A stretch of DNA of 64,000 nucleotides from a virus (taxonomy: Duplodnaviria > Caudoviricetes). Under the pieces are notes generated by a model that was not told the origin of the DNA, did no database searches, and saw nothing but the letters and a program-made list of their open reading frames with translations. Positions 18,109-27,751 of this stretch are shown here, piece after piece; positions within the stretch are counted from its first letter, which is position 1; each line of letters opens with the position of its first letter. The DNA is taken from IMG/VR virus record IMGVR_UViG_3300025600_000004, positions 15,564-79,563 of that record, one strand, 5' to 3'. Both the position numbers and the translations under genes were made by a program.

Positions 18109-21100
18109 ATGGACAATTATGATACTTACGTACCACCACATTTACATCTTGATTACAGTAACAATGGCATGAAGGATTCAGTGAATACCATAGATAACGT
18201 TGTGAAGAGACTCAAGGAAATCGGAGCTACTGCGTGTGCGGTGACAGACCATGGAACTACATCGGGCATCGTAGAAGCATACAAGAAGTTCAAGAAGGCA
18301 GGGATTAAGCTGATTCCAGGGTACGAAGGATATCTCACTGGAGACCTGTCGATACAGCAAAGAGACCTAAGCCATATAACACTGTGGGCAAAGGATTCTC
18401 AGGGGCTTCGTAACCTCTATGAAATATCTACGATTGCCAATGGGGACAAAGGTCGTTCACCGAATAACTATTACTACAAACCGAGGGTGGACTTAGAATT
18501 ACTGAGACGATTCTCTGCTGGCATCATGGCTGGATCTGCGTGCCTTGGTGGATGCTTGGTTACTGAGGATTACGGTGTGAACGAAGATAAACTTCAGCAA
18601 CTTATTGACATCTACGGAGCTGATGATGTATTCCTTGAAATCCATACATACCAATGTCCTGAGCAATTCAAGTACAACCATGCACTCGTCAAAGCATCCA
18701 AGAAATTCAATGTGAGACTCATAGTTGCTACGGATGCCCACTTCGCGTGGAAGTACAGTGCTGAACTCAGAAAACACTTCAAGAATACATCGAAGACTCA
18801 GGAAGGCGATGAGAATATTGACGATACATTGTATATTCAAGATGTCGATGAAATACGCAGTAACCTGAGATACCTAGATGGACTCGTAATCAATGAAGCC
18901 ATTGCCAATACCCATGTACTCGCAGAGAAATCCAATGTAGAAATAGCATTCAACGGTAAGCACTATCCAGAGTATAAGTGTGAAAATCCATTGACAGAGG
19001 TGAGACTCCAAGCAATCGCAGGGTGGAATAGGTTAGTCAAAGGCACTGGCGTAGATTACGATGCATACGCAGAGAGAGTCAAGTTTGAACTGAACATCCT
19101 CGATAAGCAAGACTACTGTAGTTACTTCTTGATCAATAGTGGACTCATTAAGAAATTCATTGCAGCAGGGATTCCAGTGGGTGACGGTAGAGGATCAGTG
19201 GTGGCATCGATGGTGGCTTGGTTGCTAGGGATTACAAAATTAGATCCATATAAATACAATTTAGTCTTCGAAAGGTTTGCTCACATGGAAAGGCTTAGTC
19301 CACCCGACGTGGATACTGATATTTCTAAGAAACACAGACATCAATGCTTAGAAATTATCAAAGAAGAATACGGTGAGACGTACCAGTGTAGAACCTTCGC
19401 CCGCTATGGTGCATCAGGGAGCATTAGGCAAGCAGGGAAGGCATTGTTCTATCCATTGGATGTCGTGGATGCCTTAGCAAAATCATTGTCTAAGTATGAA
19501 TCCGATGATGAAGACGATGAAACTTCCACGTATGATCAGAAGATATGGATGTTAGACAATGTTAAAACCGATGACAACGCAGACCTCATAGAACTAGCAA
19601 AGCAATTCGTAGGCATCTGCTTTGGATATGGCAAACACGCCTCAGCGATCATCGTACTGACAGAGGATGTTCTACAGTTTTGTTCCGTAGAGCGTCAGAA
19701 GGACAGTAAAACAGGGGATATCAATTACATCCTCGCATGTGACTTTAAACTCCTTGAGGAAATGGGACTGATGAAACTTGATATGCTTGGACTTAAGACC
19801 CTCGATGTTATCCAAGATACATTAGATATGCTCAGTGTTCCCATTGACATTGAAACTATTCCATTGGATGACGAAGCTACTTCTCAGATGTTATGCGAAG
19901 GCAAAACCAAAGGCTGTTTCCAAATATCTTCACCTGGCATGACACAGTTAGTTAAAGGAATTCAGCCTAAGAACTTTGCTGACATGATACCTTTGGTTAG
20001 TCTGTACAGACCAGGGCCACTCGATGCCATCGTAGAAGAAACAGGGGACACAATGGTTGACACCTATGTAAAAGTCAAGAATGGCGAGATAGAAGCCACG
20101 TATCTCCATGAAAAACTGCGACCTATCCTTAGTGACACCTACGGGATTATCTTATATCAAGAGCAAATCTTAGAAATAATCAAGGAACTATGTGGGTACT
20201 CATTGGGCGAGGCTGACATGTTTCGCAGAATTATTGGCAAGAAAAAAGTCGATGAAATGAAACCTGCGATTGAAGCGATGATTGAACGTGGAGTTATCCA
20301 AGGCATCCCTAGACCAACTATGGAATCCATCGCAGATCGCATTGTAACCTTTGCTATGTATGGATTCAACAAGTGCTTATCAGGGGATGAGAGGCTTCAT
20401 AGACCTGCCAATGGTAAATTTATGCCAACACTGAGTGAAATGTGGATGATCAAGAATAGCCTCGCATACGCCAAAGAAACCAAGCACAAAGAACTCTATG
20501 ATAAATACAATGCGTATGGCTATGGGACAACGTTGTCTATGTTTGACGATGGCAATATCAAGAAAAATACTATAGTTGACATTGTACCCTCTGGAACCGC
20601 AGCCATCTATAGACTCACTACGAAGACAGGGAAGATCGTAGACTGCACAATGAATCATAAGCTCCCTACACCACAAGGTGGCAAGATACTCTATGATCTC
20701 AAAGTAGGCAGCGAAGTTTATGTCATTGGCGACTATGAAATTACATCGACCATCTATAATTTCTACAATGGTAACCCTCCAGAATCCAACGTACCCAAAG
20801 CAGGACAACAGGGCTTCCAGCGTAATCCATATGGAGCATCGACACTCTTTGATACAGCAAGGGAATTCTTCAGTAACATCCACGCTGCCTGTGAAGACTG
20901 CGGAACCTATGATGCTAAGAAATACGAATTGCACCATGTTAACATGAATCGCCAGGATAATTCCAATGAGAATCTAAGGTGGCTATGTGTATCGTGTCAT
21001 CGGAAAGCTCATTATGCCATGGGCAGAACTAAGGTGGGAACAAGGGGCTCATCGGCTGCCATAGATACCATCGCAAGCATAGAATATCTAAAAACCACAG

Positions 21101-22065
21101 AAGTCTTTGATGTGACAATGGAGGCTCCAGCACATAACTTCGTTAACCTAGGTGGCGTAGTAGTCTCAAATTCTCATAGTGCTGCCTATGGAAAGCTGGC
21201 GTACAAGACCTCGTATCTCAAGGCTCATTATCCTCTGCAATATATGTGTGCATGTATCAACAATGAAGAAGGTAAGCAAGACAAGATACTCCCGTTCATC
21301 AAGGAGTGCGGGAAGCTGGAGATTACAGTGTTGCCCCCTGACATCACATTGAAGAATCGCCAATGGATTATACAGGGAGATTCACTGGTGATGGGGCTTC
21401 ACTATATCAAAGGTGTCGGCAATAATCTCAGGTTGGACAATATAAATTCCTATGATGACATTGTACGCTATAATGCTAAGGATGTAACTACAGCACTTAT
21501 CAAGTCTGGAGCAATGGATAGCTATGGTGATCGTGGAGTCCTACTGGATAGCTTAGAATCACTACAGGATACAATGAAACGCATCGACAACTGCATGGCG
21601 AAGGTCAAAGAGAACTCAGAATCCCTAGCACTCGCAGTATCTGACAAAGACATCAAGAAGTATGCTCGGCAGAAGGGACAATGGGAAGCCAAGTTGTCCG
21701 AAGCCAAAGCAAAGGAAGCTCAAGTATCATCCACTGAATTCTATGATAAAGTCATAGGAGAAATCGAGGTCTTAGGTTACAGCGAAGGTGTATCTCCGAC
21801 AATTAAAGTAGGTAAGGTAGTCGGTGTATTCTCTAAGGTGATAGGCAATGGTTCAACTATGGGTTGGGTCACGCTAAAGTCTCCTCATGGTGAGTTTCGA
21901 TGTGCGTGTTTCTCAGATATGTGGGATATCATCAAAGACTTAGTAGTCGTAGGGTCAACATACAAATTCGTCGTTAAATCCAATGATCGCGGTGACAACT
22001 TAGAAGAGATATCGATTAACGGAGTAACCCATAGAAAGCCTCAGAAGCAATGGGCGAAACGATGA
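18109..22065 (+). CDS. dnaE: DNA polymerase III alpha subunit (family C) with intein
   Basis: PHP motifs (HLHLDYS, AVTDHG), GRGSVVAS, PPDVDTD, KLDMLGLKTL, YGIILYQEQ, YGFNK/SHSAAY. Confidence 0.95.
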   Translation: MDNYDTYVPPHLHLDYSNNGMKDSVNTIDNVVKRLKEIGATACAVTDHGTTSGIVEAYKKFKKAGIKLIPGYEGYLTGDLSIQQRDLSHITLWAKDSQGLRNLYEISTIANGDKGRSPNNYYYKPRVDLELLRRFSAGIMAGSACLGGCLVTEDYGVNEDKLQQLIDIYGADDVFLEIHTYQCPEQFKYNHALVKASKKFNVRLIVATDAHFAWKYSAELRKHFKNTSKTQEGDENIDDTLYIQDVDEIRSNLRYLDGLVINEAIANTHVLAEKSNVEIAFNGKHYPEYKCENPLTEVRLQAIAGWNRLVKGTGVDYDAYAERVKFELNILDKQDYCSYFLINSGLIKKFIAAGIPVGDGRGSVVASMVAWLLGITKLDPYKYNLVFERFAHMERLSPPDVDTDISKKHRHQCLEIIKEEYGETYQCRTFARYGASGSIRQAGKALFYPLDVVDALAKSLSKYESDDEDDETSTYDQKIWMLDNVKTDDNADLIELAKQFVGICFGYGKHASAIIVLTEDVLQFCSVERQKDSKTGDINYILACDFKLLEEMGLMKLDMLGLKTLDVIQDTLDMLSVPIDIETIPLDDEATSQMLCEGKTKGCFQISSPGMTQLVKGIQPKNFADMIPLVSLYRPGPLDAIVEETGDTMVDTYVKVKNGEIEATYLHEKLRPILSDTYGIILYQEQILEIIKELCGYSLGEADMFRRIIGKKKVDEMKPAIEAMIERGVIQGIPRPTMESIADRIVTFAMYGFNKCLSGDERLHRPANGKFMPTLSEMWMIKNSLAYAKETKHKELYDKYNAYGYGTTLSMFDDGNIKKNTIVDIVPSGTAAIYRLTTKTGKIVDCTMNHKLPTPQGGKILYDLKVGSEVYVIGDYEITSTIYNFYNGNPPESNVPKAGQQGFQRNPYGASTLFDTAREFFSNIHAACEDCGTYDAKKYELHHVNMNRQDNSNENLRWLCVSCHRKAHYAMGRTKVGTRGSSAAIDTIASIEYLKTTEVFDVTMEAPAHNFVNLGGVVVSNSHSAAYGKLAYKTSYLKAHYPLQYMCACINNEEGKQDKILPFIKECGKLEITVLPPDITLKNRQWIIQGDSLVMGLHYIKGVGNNLRLDNINSYDDIVRYNAKDVTTALIKSGAMDSYGDRGVLLDSLESLQDTMKRIDNCMAKVKENSESLALAVSDKDIKKYARQKGQWEAKLSEAKAKEAQVSSTEFYDKVIGEIEVLGYSEGVSPTIKVGKVVGVFSKVIGNGSTMGWVTLKSPHGEFRCACFSDMWDIIKDLVVVGSTYKFVVKSNDRGDNLEEISINGVTHRKPQKQWAKR
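20374..21171 (+). mobile_element. Intein (266 aa) with HNH homing endonuclease, inserted in YGFNK|SHSAAY
   Basis: Starts C(LSGDE), ends ...HNFVNLGGVVVSN before Ser+1; internal CEDC...ELHHVNMNRQDNSNENLRWLCVSCH. Confidence 0.92.
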
Positions 22066-22416
22066 TTTCCTATGCCCACTATGTTTCCCAATGTTTCCTC
22101 ATAGTCCATCCTAGCGTCCCAATCCAAGGTATCCTATGCCAAACCTACGCACGACAAAGAAACCCACTGAGCGTCCTTCTAGGGTGCTTGGTGGGAAGCT
22201 ACGCATAATCTTCGTAAACTCAGATTAAAACGGAGGGAATTACAATGGCAAAACTGCAATACGTAGGATACACCGACGACTTAGATATCTTCATGTATCC
22301 ATCAGAGGATAAACCAGAGGATTCAATGAATGTAACATGGGATTTCCCAAACTATCTCATGGGCATCAAAGTAAGAATCACCATAGAACCAGAGGAGGAC
22401 TAAGGTACATGGCAAA

Positions 22417-22447
22417 GCCCTCAGCACACCATCGGCATACTGAGGGT
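22417..22447. terminator. Hairpin between convergent early and repressor transcripts
   Basis: GCCCTCAG...CTGAGGGT stem. Confidence 0.55.
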
Positions 22448-22463
22448 TAAGTCCTCGTATTCA

Positions 22464-22931
22464 TCATAGAGGTTTGTCCAGTGTACGATACAGTTCCGCA
22501 GTTGTCTTAGGACTCAATGTTTCAGTGTCTAACTTAGTTTGCATTGATCGTAGACCTGCGAAGTGTATTTCCTCGGCAGTCTTGGTTTTTGCTAGGTCTA
22601 ACTCCATTTGAGCCAAGGCAGCTTTGATGTACTTAGTGCTGGCATGATTCTCCATGAGTTCTGCTTCGCGGTCGGTGTATCTCTTAGTGATAAACTTGTC
22701 TGACCCTAGCAACACCGCAGGATCAACTCCGAGTCTAAAGGCTATGGCTTCTATCTGCGAATGGCTAGGGAGTGACTTACGTGCTCCGTCTTCCATTTTG
22801 CATACAGCGGATCGTCCAATGTGTAATACGTCTGCAATGGTTTGCTGGGAAAGTCCTTTGGATTCTCTAAGTCTTCTTACGTTTGCTCCGAATTCTTCTA
22901 TGATGTTTGTTGTGATGCTCACGATATTCAC
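22464..22931 (-). CDS. XRE-family HTH repressor (no peptidase domain)
   Basis: FGANVRRLRESKGLSQQTIADVLHIGRSAVCKMEDG; divergent from xis-like gene. Confidence 0.85.
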   Translation of the reverse strand: MNIVSITTNIIEEFGANVRRLRESKGLSQQTIADVLHIGRSAVCKMEDGARKSLPSHSQIEAIAFRLGVDPAVLLGSDKFITKRYTDREAELMENHASTKYIKAALAQMELDLAKTKTAEEIHFAGLRSMQTKLDTETLSPKTTAELYRTLDKPL

Positions 22932-22957
22932 CGTTCCTTCGTTTATTTCTTGGACTC

Positions 22958-22997
22958 ATTGTATCATACAAGGAAACACTGTGTCAACAAGTTTCTT
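22958..22997 (-). promoter_or_regulatory. Repressor promoter with GAAAC/GTTTC inverted half-sites around -35
   Basis: - strand AAGAAACTTG-TTGACA-cagTGTTTCCttgtatga-TACAAT. Confidence 0.65.
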
Positions 22998-23052
22998 GTG
23001 AGAATCAACATGTTTCTCGTCGTAATCATAAATAAATCTTAGGAGGTTGACT

Positions 23053-23235
23053 ATGAATAGTCCATTGTTTACAATAAAGGAAACCGCAGAGTACCTTAGA
23101 CTCTCTGAACCCGTAGTATATGGCTTAGTTAAAATCAAAGAATTCCCCTCAGTAAAGGTAGGTGGTGCTTGGAGAATATTCAGTGACAAGCTTCAGCCAT
23201 GGTTAGAGACATTATATGATAACAAAGATGAATAA
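23053..23235 (+). CDS. xis: Excisionase (AlpA/HTH_17-like)
   Basis: LFTIKETAEYLRLSEPVVYGLVK..EFPSVKVGGAWRI; adjacent to att region and integrase. Confidence 0.85.
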   Translation: MNSPLFTIKETAEYLRLSEPVVYGLVKIKEFPSVKVGGAWRIFSDKLQPWLETLYDNKDE

Positions 23236-23460
23236 GCACTTATAAGCACTTTGTGAAGCATGGGAAGCCTTGACAGCCGTTGATTTCCTTGCTTCACAGA
23301 CTTCTTAATATTACGTTGAAAGAGTGATGAGTCAACATAGAAGAAACACCGAGAATCCAGCGTTTGTGCGGGTTGCTCGGTGTTTTGCTTTGGTAGATTT
23401 ATAATAGTTTCTAGCACTTTTAAGCACTTTATAATAGTGTTAAGCACTTTATAAGCACCT
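23233..23460. other. attP region with six arm-type repeats T(A)AGCAC(T/C)T
   Basis: Copies near 23233, 23243, 23412, 23421, 23441, 23452, in pairs about 10 bp apart, between xis and int 3' ends. Confidence 0.75.
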
Positions 23461-23461
23461 G

Positions 23462-24595
23462 TTATTCCTTAGAAAGTCCCAGTAATTTACCCATGATTGC
23501 TGCTGCTGTTTTGTCCTGCTCAGGTACGCTGTGAACATAGAGTTGCAGGGTAATTCCCACAGAGGAATGCCCTAGTCTCTCACTGACCATCTTGATATTA
23601 CATCCCTCGGCAATCAGTTGAGTAGCATGGGTATGTCTAAGATCATGAAAGCGAACTCCCTTGATTCCAGAGAGTGCCAGGACTTCGCGATAGAGAGCTG
23701 AGGCATTCGTAGTTAACAACGGCTTCCCAGTGGCATTGTGGAACACCAATGGATTCCCTAGGTTAATACTCTGCAACTCCTCCAGCACCTTAGCATCCAC
23801 AGATATCGTACGTATCGAAGAATTAGACTTAGGAGATTCCAATGATCCTTCCTTAGATAGACTGCGGATGACTTTGACATTATCGAGTCCTACGCAATCC
23901 CACTGTAGTCCCAGCAACTCCCCAAGTCTCATCCCAGTGGCGAGGGCAAGGAGAATAAGGTAATACGCAGCCCTCAGCATCTCCCTACGAGAACTTAGGC
24001 ATCCACGAGCTGCCTCAAGCAACGTTGTTATCTGTGTCTGACTGAGTATATGCATTGTCTTCATTGGGCGCTTCAGCGGGTTACTACGACTTGCAGGGTT
24101 GATTCCAATGATTCCTTCGTCCACAGCGAGGTTCAACATATTATGTATAGCCTCTCTATGCTTCCCTAGACTAGTCGGTGAAAGTCCATAGGCAACCTTG
24201 ACATTAAAGTAATCATTGATGATGCCAGTGGTTAGCTTTTGAACCTTGTATTTACCTAGTGTCGGCTCAATGTGCTTAGTGCAGACATGGACATAACAAA
24301 GGTACGTAGACTCCCTAAGTTGCGTCTTCTTGCTCTCTAGCCATCTTTGGATGTACTGAGTTACCGTGTAGCTATTGCCTGGTTTCAGTAATCCTTTGCC
24401 ATTTTGCTTCTTGAGTTCATCCAGTGCCTTCACTGCATTCTTCTGTCCTTCTACGGTAACTGACTTTCTCCTCTGTTCTCCACCGATGCCATCTATGGTG
24501 ATTTGAACTTTGTATTTACCTTTGGATATTTCTAGAATGCTGCCATCGCCCTTGGGTCTCCGAGGTTTAGGCTTAGGTTTTTCCTTATCTTCCAT
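23462..24595 (-). CDS. int: Tyrosine integrase with N-terminal arm-binding domain
   Basis: RRPKGDGSI, ATGMRLGELLGL, RFHDLRHTHAT, ERLGHSSVGITLQLY; ATG 24595 has RBS. Confidence 0.95.
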   Translation of the reverse strand: MEDKEKPKPKPRRPKGDGSILEISKGKYKVQITIDGIGGEQRRKSVTVEGQKNAVKALDELKKQNGKGLLKPGNSYTVTQYIQRWLESKKTQLRESTYLCYVHVCTKHIEPTLGKYKVQKLTTGIINDYFNVKVAYGLSPTSLGKHREAIHNMLNLAVDEGIIGINPASRSNPLKRPMKTMHILSQTQITTLLEAARGCLSSRREMLRAAYYLILLALATGMRLGELLGLQWDCVGLDNVKVIRSLSKEGSLESPKSNSSIRTISVDAKVLEELQSINLGNPLVFHNATGKPLLTTNASALYREVLALSGIKGVRFHDLRHTHATQLIAEGCNIKMVSERLGHSSVGITLQLYVHSVPEQDKTAAAIMGKLLGLSKE

Positions 24596-24671
24596 AACTT
24601 CCCTCCATTCGACATTAAACACTCTTGTGGTACTTTAGTCCCGATGATATACTATGTGTATATACAGTAAT

Positions 24672-24685
24672 AGAACAAACGTTTG
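24672..24685 (+). promoter_or_regulatory. Firmicutes-type LexA (SOS/Cheo) box
   Basis: AGAACAAACGTTTG fits GAAC-N4-GTTY; downstream of TTGTGG-17-TATACT promoter (24625-24653). Confidence 0.6.
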
Positions 24686-24703
24686 CATAAGGAGTCGATG
24701 TAA

Positions 24704-24937
24704 ATGACACTGAAAACTATAGGCACTACGCAATACATAACTTACATATTTGATACTGTGAAAAAATGGAGCTGGACAAAGGGGATGTACTTTGTTCACC
24801 CTTCGGCAGAACAGGAATTCATCGCATACATTAGACACAATGAATCACTTCAACAGCTCCGCGAGCTCCGAGATATCCTTAGCTTCTTTATCAGTGGGCT
24901 TACCTTTGCCTCTAGTGAATATCTCCGTATCATCTAA
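24704..24937 (+). CDS. Hypothetical protein, candidate SOS-induced antirepressor
   Basis: AAGGAG RBS, own promoter and SOS box; 3' end overlaps convergent XRE gene. Confidence 0.4.
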   Translation: MTLKTIGTTQYITYIFDTVKKWSWTKGMYFVHPSAEQEFIAYIRHNESLQQLRELRDILSFFISGLTFASSEYLRII

Positions 24938-25162
24938 TAGAAACACATCGATCTCGTCGTCATCAAAGAAGAAGTATCCTTTGGGCAACTCTGCGATGGC
25001 GATGAGTTCCTTTGTTTTATCCCAGCCAAGCTTCTTAGATTCATCCTTGCAGTTTTCGATGTTGGCGATGTTACGCTCTGTAGTATCTAATGCTGCAGCG
25101 AGTTCTATCCTTGAATACCCTAGTTTATTCCTAGCGTACCGAACTCTTTCCCCGTATATCAT
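24845..25162 (-). CDS. Second XRE-family HTH regulator
   Basis: YGERVRYARNKLGYSRIELAAALDTTERNIANIEN; GAGGTG RBS. Confidence 0.85.
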   Translation of the reverse strand: MIYGERVRYARNKLGYSRIELAAALDTTERNIANIENCKDESKKLGWDKTKELIAIAELPKGYFFFDDDEIDVFLLDDTEIFTRGKGKPTDKEAKDISELAELLK

Positions 25163-25326
25163 TTGATCACCTCGCTATCATTATATATGTAAATGAATTA
25201 CAATGCAACTACCTAGGGTTACACAAAGTTTGTTTAACGAAAATAAGTGTTGCATTCTCGGACAACCTATGATATTATAAACACATCGAAGGGCACAGAG
25301 CACACCGAGTCCTCCAAAGCCTTTCC

Positions 25327-25653
25327 ATGCAAAGCGAGGAACGTACATTGAAAACATCATACAGCGAAGACCCACAGAGGATAAGCTTAGGACAACTCCA
25401 GGATTCCTACTATGAAGCACAGCATTCCGAAGAAAGCATCTTAGGTTCCGCGAAAGCCCATCGTAACCGACACATAGCAAGGGCAAACTCAGCATTCGAA
25501 GTATTGCTGAGGAATCACCCAGAAGGCGAAGTGTTGCTGAGGATGCTGTGGGATGAACTAAGTGATGCAGAGGATATCATAGTAGATGCAACGGTTGAAC
25601 ATTGTTTCGTAGAATGTCAAAAGAAACTTATTGACACAGTGGTTGCGAGGTGA
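25327..25653 (+). CDS. Hypothetical protein
   Basis: ORF divergent from XRE gene. Confidence 0.45.
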   Translation: MQSEERTLKTSYSEDPQRISLGQLQDSYYEAQHSEESILGSAKAHRNRHIARANSAFEVLLRNHPEGEVLLRMLWDELSDAEDIIVDATVEHCFVECQKKLIDTVVAR

Positions 25654-25659
25654 TATAGT
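25621..25659 (+). promoter_or_regulatory. sigma70-type promoter
   Basis: AAGAAACTTA-TTGACA-17-TATAGT. Confidence 0.75.
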
Positions 25660-25665
25660 AAGTAC

Positions 25666-25765
25666 ATAAGAGTTAATCGCAATTAACGATTGCTCGTAGA
25701 AGGACGGTGAGCAACAATGAGATCAAGGGACAGGCCGTAGGAAGTAGCTTGGAATACTTCCTTGA
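25666..25765 (+). ncRNA. Candidate small RNA between tandem promoters
   Basis: No credible ORF; three hairpins GTTAAT/ATTAAC, TTGCTC/GAGCAA, GGAAGTA/TACTTCC. Confidence 0.4.
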
Positions 25766-25773
25766 AATATCCA

Positions 25774-25812
25774 AAGAAACATATTGACATAATGAATTGA
25801 CTATGGTACACT
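25774..25812 (+). promoter_or_regulatory. sigma70-type promoter
   Basis: AAGAAACATA-TTGACA-17-TACACT. Confidence 0.7.
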
Positions 25813-26329
25813 AAGTACATAGCAAAGGTTGCACGGACACAATGGATCAAGGGTGATCCGCATTGCTATGGCTAGGGTGTTTCCCGAAGTTTCCACAAGG
25901 AATAAGGAGGAAGAACAATGATAAAACAAGAGCTAACACCAATGGAAGAACAGAGTATTTTCAATGCAGCCTTTGAATATAGGTATGCTGGCAAAGAATT
26001 ATCTTGGGGCTTAATTACTGCGATAATCAATAGGCGACTCGATGTAAAGTACAATGTCAACAAGGTTAGACAAGTATGCGGAAGACTGCACAGGGAGTTC
26101 GTTGTCAAACGAGGTAACCAATGAAGATCAACTGTAGTTATATCAATGACTGCCTAAATCGTAACAATGACTGCGATATGTGCACTAGAAACTCCCTGTA
26201 TACCCACTGGACACTTGGAGATCAATATCATGCTGAGAAGTGCAATGATTGCCAAGATAACAAATACTATGAAGTCTGCGAAGACAATGTCTGCAATGAA
26301 TATCACAATAATTACGAGGAGGAATAACA

Positions 26330-26566
26330 ATGGCAAAACCAAAGGTAACTGTAGTTGTAACCTGTGAGGATTTTAATGATAAACCTAGTAGAAAGTCAAA
26401 GAGTAAATCCGACAATGAAAAGGTAACATATTACCTAGCACCAGATACTATCGACAAGGTACATGAATTAGACTTTCACGCAAAACAGCGCAGAGAGAAG
26501 ACATCTTACTCCCAGATAATAAGCGAAGCTGTCAATGTATACTATGATCAGCAAACAATTTTCTAA
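26330..26566 (+). CDS. Ribbon-helix-helix-like DNA-binding protein
   Basis: KVTYYL..DTIDKVHEL...TSYSQIISEAVNVY. Confidence 0.6.
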   Translation: MAKPKVTVVVTCEDFNDKPSRKSKSKSDNEKVTYYLAPDTIDKVHELDFHAKQRREKTSYSQIISEAVNVYYDQQTIF

Positions 26567-26605
26567 GCAATCAGAGTTTCCTAAGAATACTAAGGAGGAA
26601 TTACT

Positions 26606-27220
26606 ATGACAACAATGACCAACCAAGAATTAGCCACAGAGTTCCGCAGACTGGCTAAGGAAACCCTGGCATCCTTAGAAACCATAAAGAGTGGCAATAG
26701 ACTCCTTAGCACAATGATAACAGCTAAGGCGCACGATGAACACATGGAGCAACTGAAAGCTATGAATACAGTGATGTCTCAGCAACTCGAATCTATCAAA
26801 GCAATGGTCAATGGCACAACTATGCCCACCTTGTTTCCTAGAGTTTCCGAGATCACTCAGACTTACATCAAAGAACTCCAGGCATCCAATGACATCATGC
26901 AGACACAGTTAGAAACCATATCATCACCAGAACTACGCAAGATATGGAGCGATGCACATTCTAAGATGGCCGAAGAATACAAGTATAAACTTGCAGTACT
27001 TCTGAGTCAACCTATTTACGAAGTACACCTTGATGTCAATGCTCCAGAGTTTCCAAAGAATACGAAGGATACCATGGCATTCTATGAAGCCATGATGAAA
27101 ATCCCTGAGCATCAACGGACATCCGAAGAAATCGGTGAATCACTAAGGAGAATACTTAGTAGCATCAACGAAACGGAGGAATTACAATGTATTTCACAGC
27201 CAAACACCAAGAACTCATAG
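26606..27220 (+). CDS. Hypothetical helical protein with in-frame 28-bp motif
   Basis: AGGAGG RBS; MPTLFPRVS from motif at 26821. Confidence 0.55.
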   Translation: MTTMTNQELATEFRRLAKETLASLETIKSGNRLLSTMITAKAHDEHMEQLKAMNTVMSQQLESIKAMVNGTTMPTLFPRVSEITQTYIKELQASNDIMQTQLETISSPELRKIWSDAHSKMAEEYKYKLAVLLSQPIYEVHLDVNAPEFPKNTKDTMAFYEAMMKIPEHQRTSEEIGESLRRILSSINETEELQCISQPNTKNS

Positions 27221-27606
27221 ACCAACTACAGGAACTATGTCCCATCGCATTTCCTAAGAAGCCCAGTCCTAAGGTCGCACTGGCACACGGGCAACACATC
27301 GACATCCAACGAATCCTAAGCATCGACAAGGCAACTTCGATAGCACTGTTGAACTTCTGGTGCAAGGGACATCGGTATGACCTCGCATGTTCCATAGAAG
27401 GTGTCCTTCGGCTGAGGTACGATGGCAGCGTAGGAGGCAAGGTGAGTCTAAGGGAATCGCAGATACATAAGAGGAAGCTGGATGGGTACTATGAGACGAG
27501 GGTGGCTCCGAAGGGTTACAAGGTTACACCAAGGGAGCCGAAGTCATTCTTTGCTACAGCTAAGGAAATGCTAAGGTCACTATGGCGCAAGGAGGTAGCT
27601 CAGTAA
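27187..27606 (+). CDS. ProQ/FinO-domain RNA-binding protein
   Basis: By-eye alignment to E. coli ProQ N-domain: L..LCP.AF, LAHGQHIDI, FWCKGHRY, GVLRLRYDG..GGKVS. Confidence 0.7.
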   Translation: MYFTAKHQELIDQLQELCPIAFPKKPSPKVALAHGQHIDIQRILSIDKATSIALLNFWCKGHRYDLACSIEGVLRLRYDGSVGGKVSLRESQIHKRKLDGYYETRVAPKGYKVTPREPKSFFATAKEMLRSLWRKEVAQ

Positions 27607-27751
27607 TGTACATAGTAATCGATGAACACAGAGCATGGTTTACACTGACGGACAAAGACAGGCTAAGGGATATCTGTGACAACATGGCAAAGCTAGGAAC
27701 ATCCTTTGAAGTGTTCAAAGCTGAATCAGTGAATTATAAGGAGGAATCACA

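Noticed and set aside
22464-27606. Arbitrium-type peptide signalling
   Set aside because: No TPR/RRNPP receptor or adjacent small signal-peptide pro-peptide recognised
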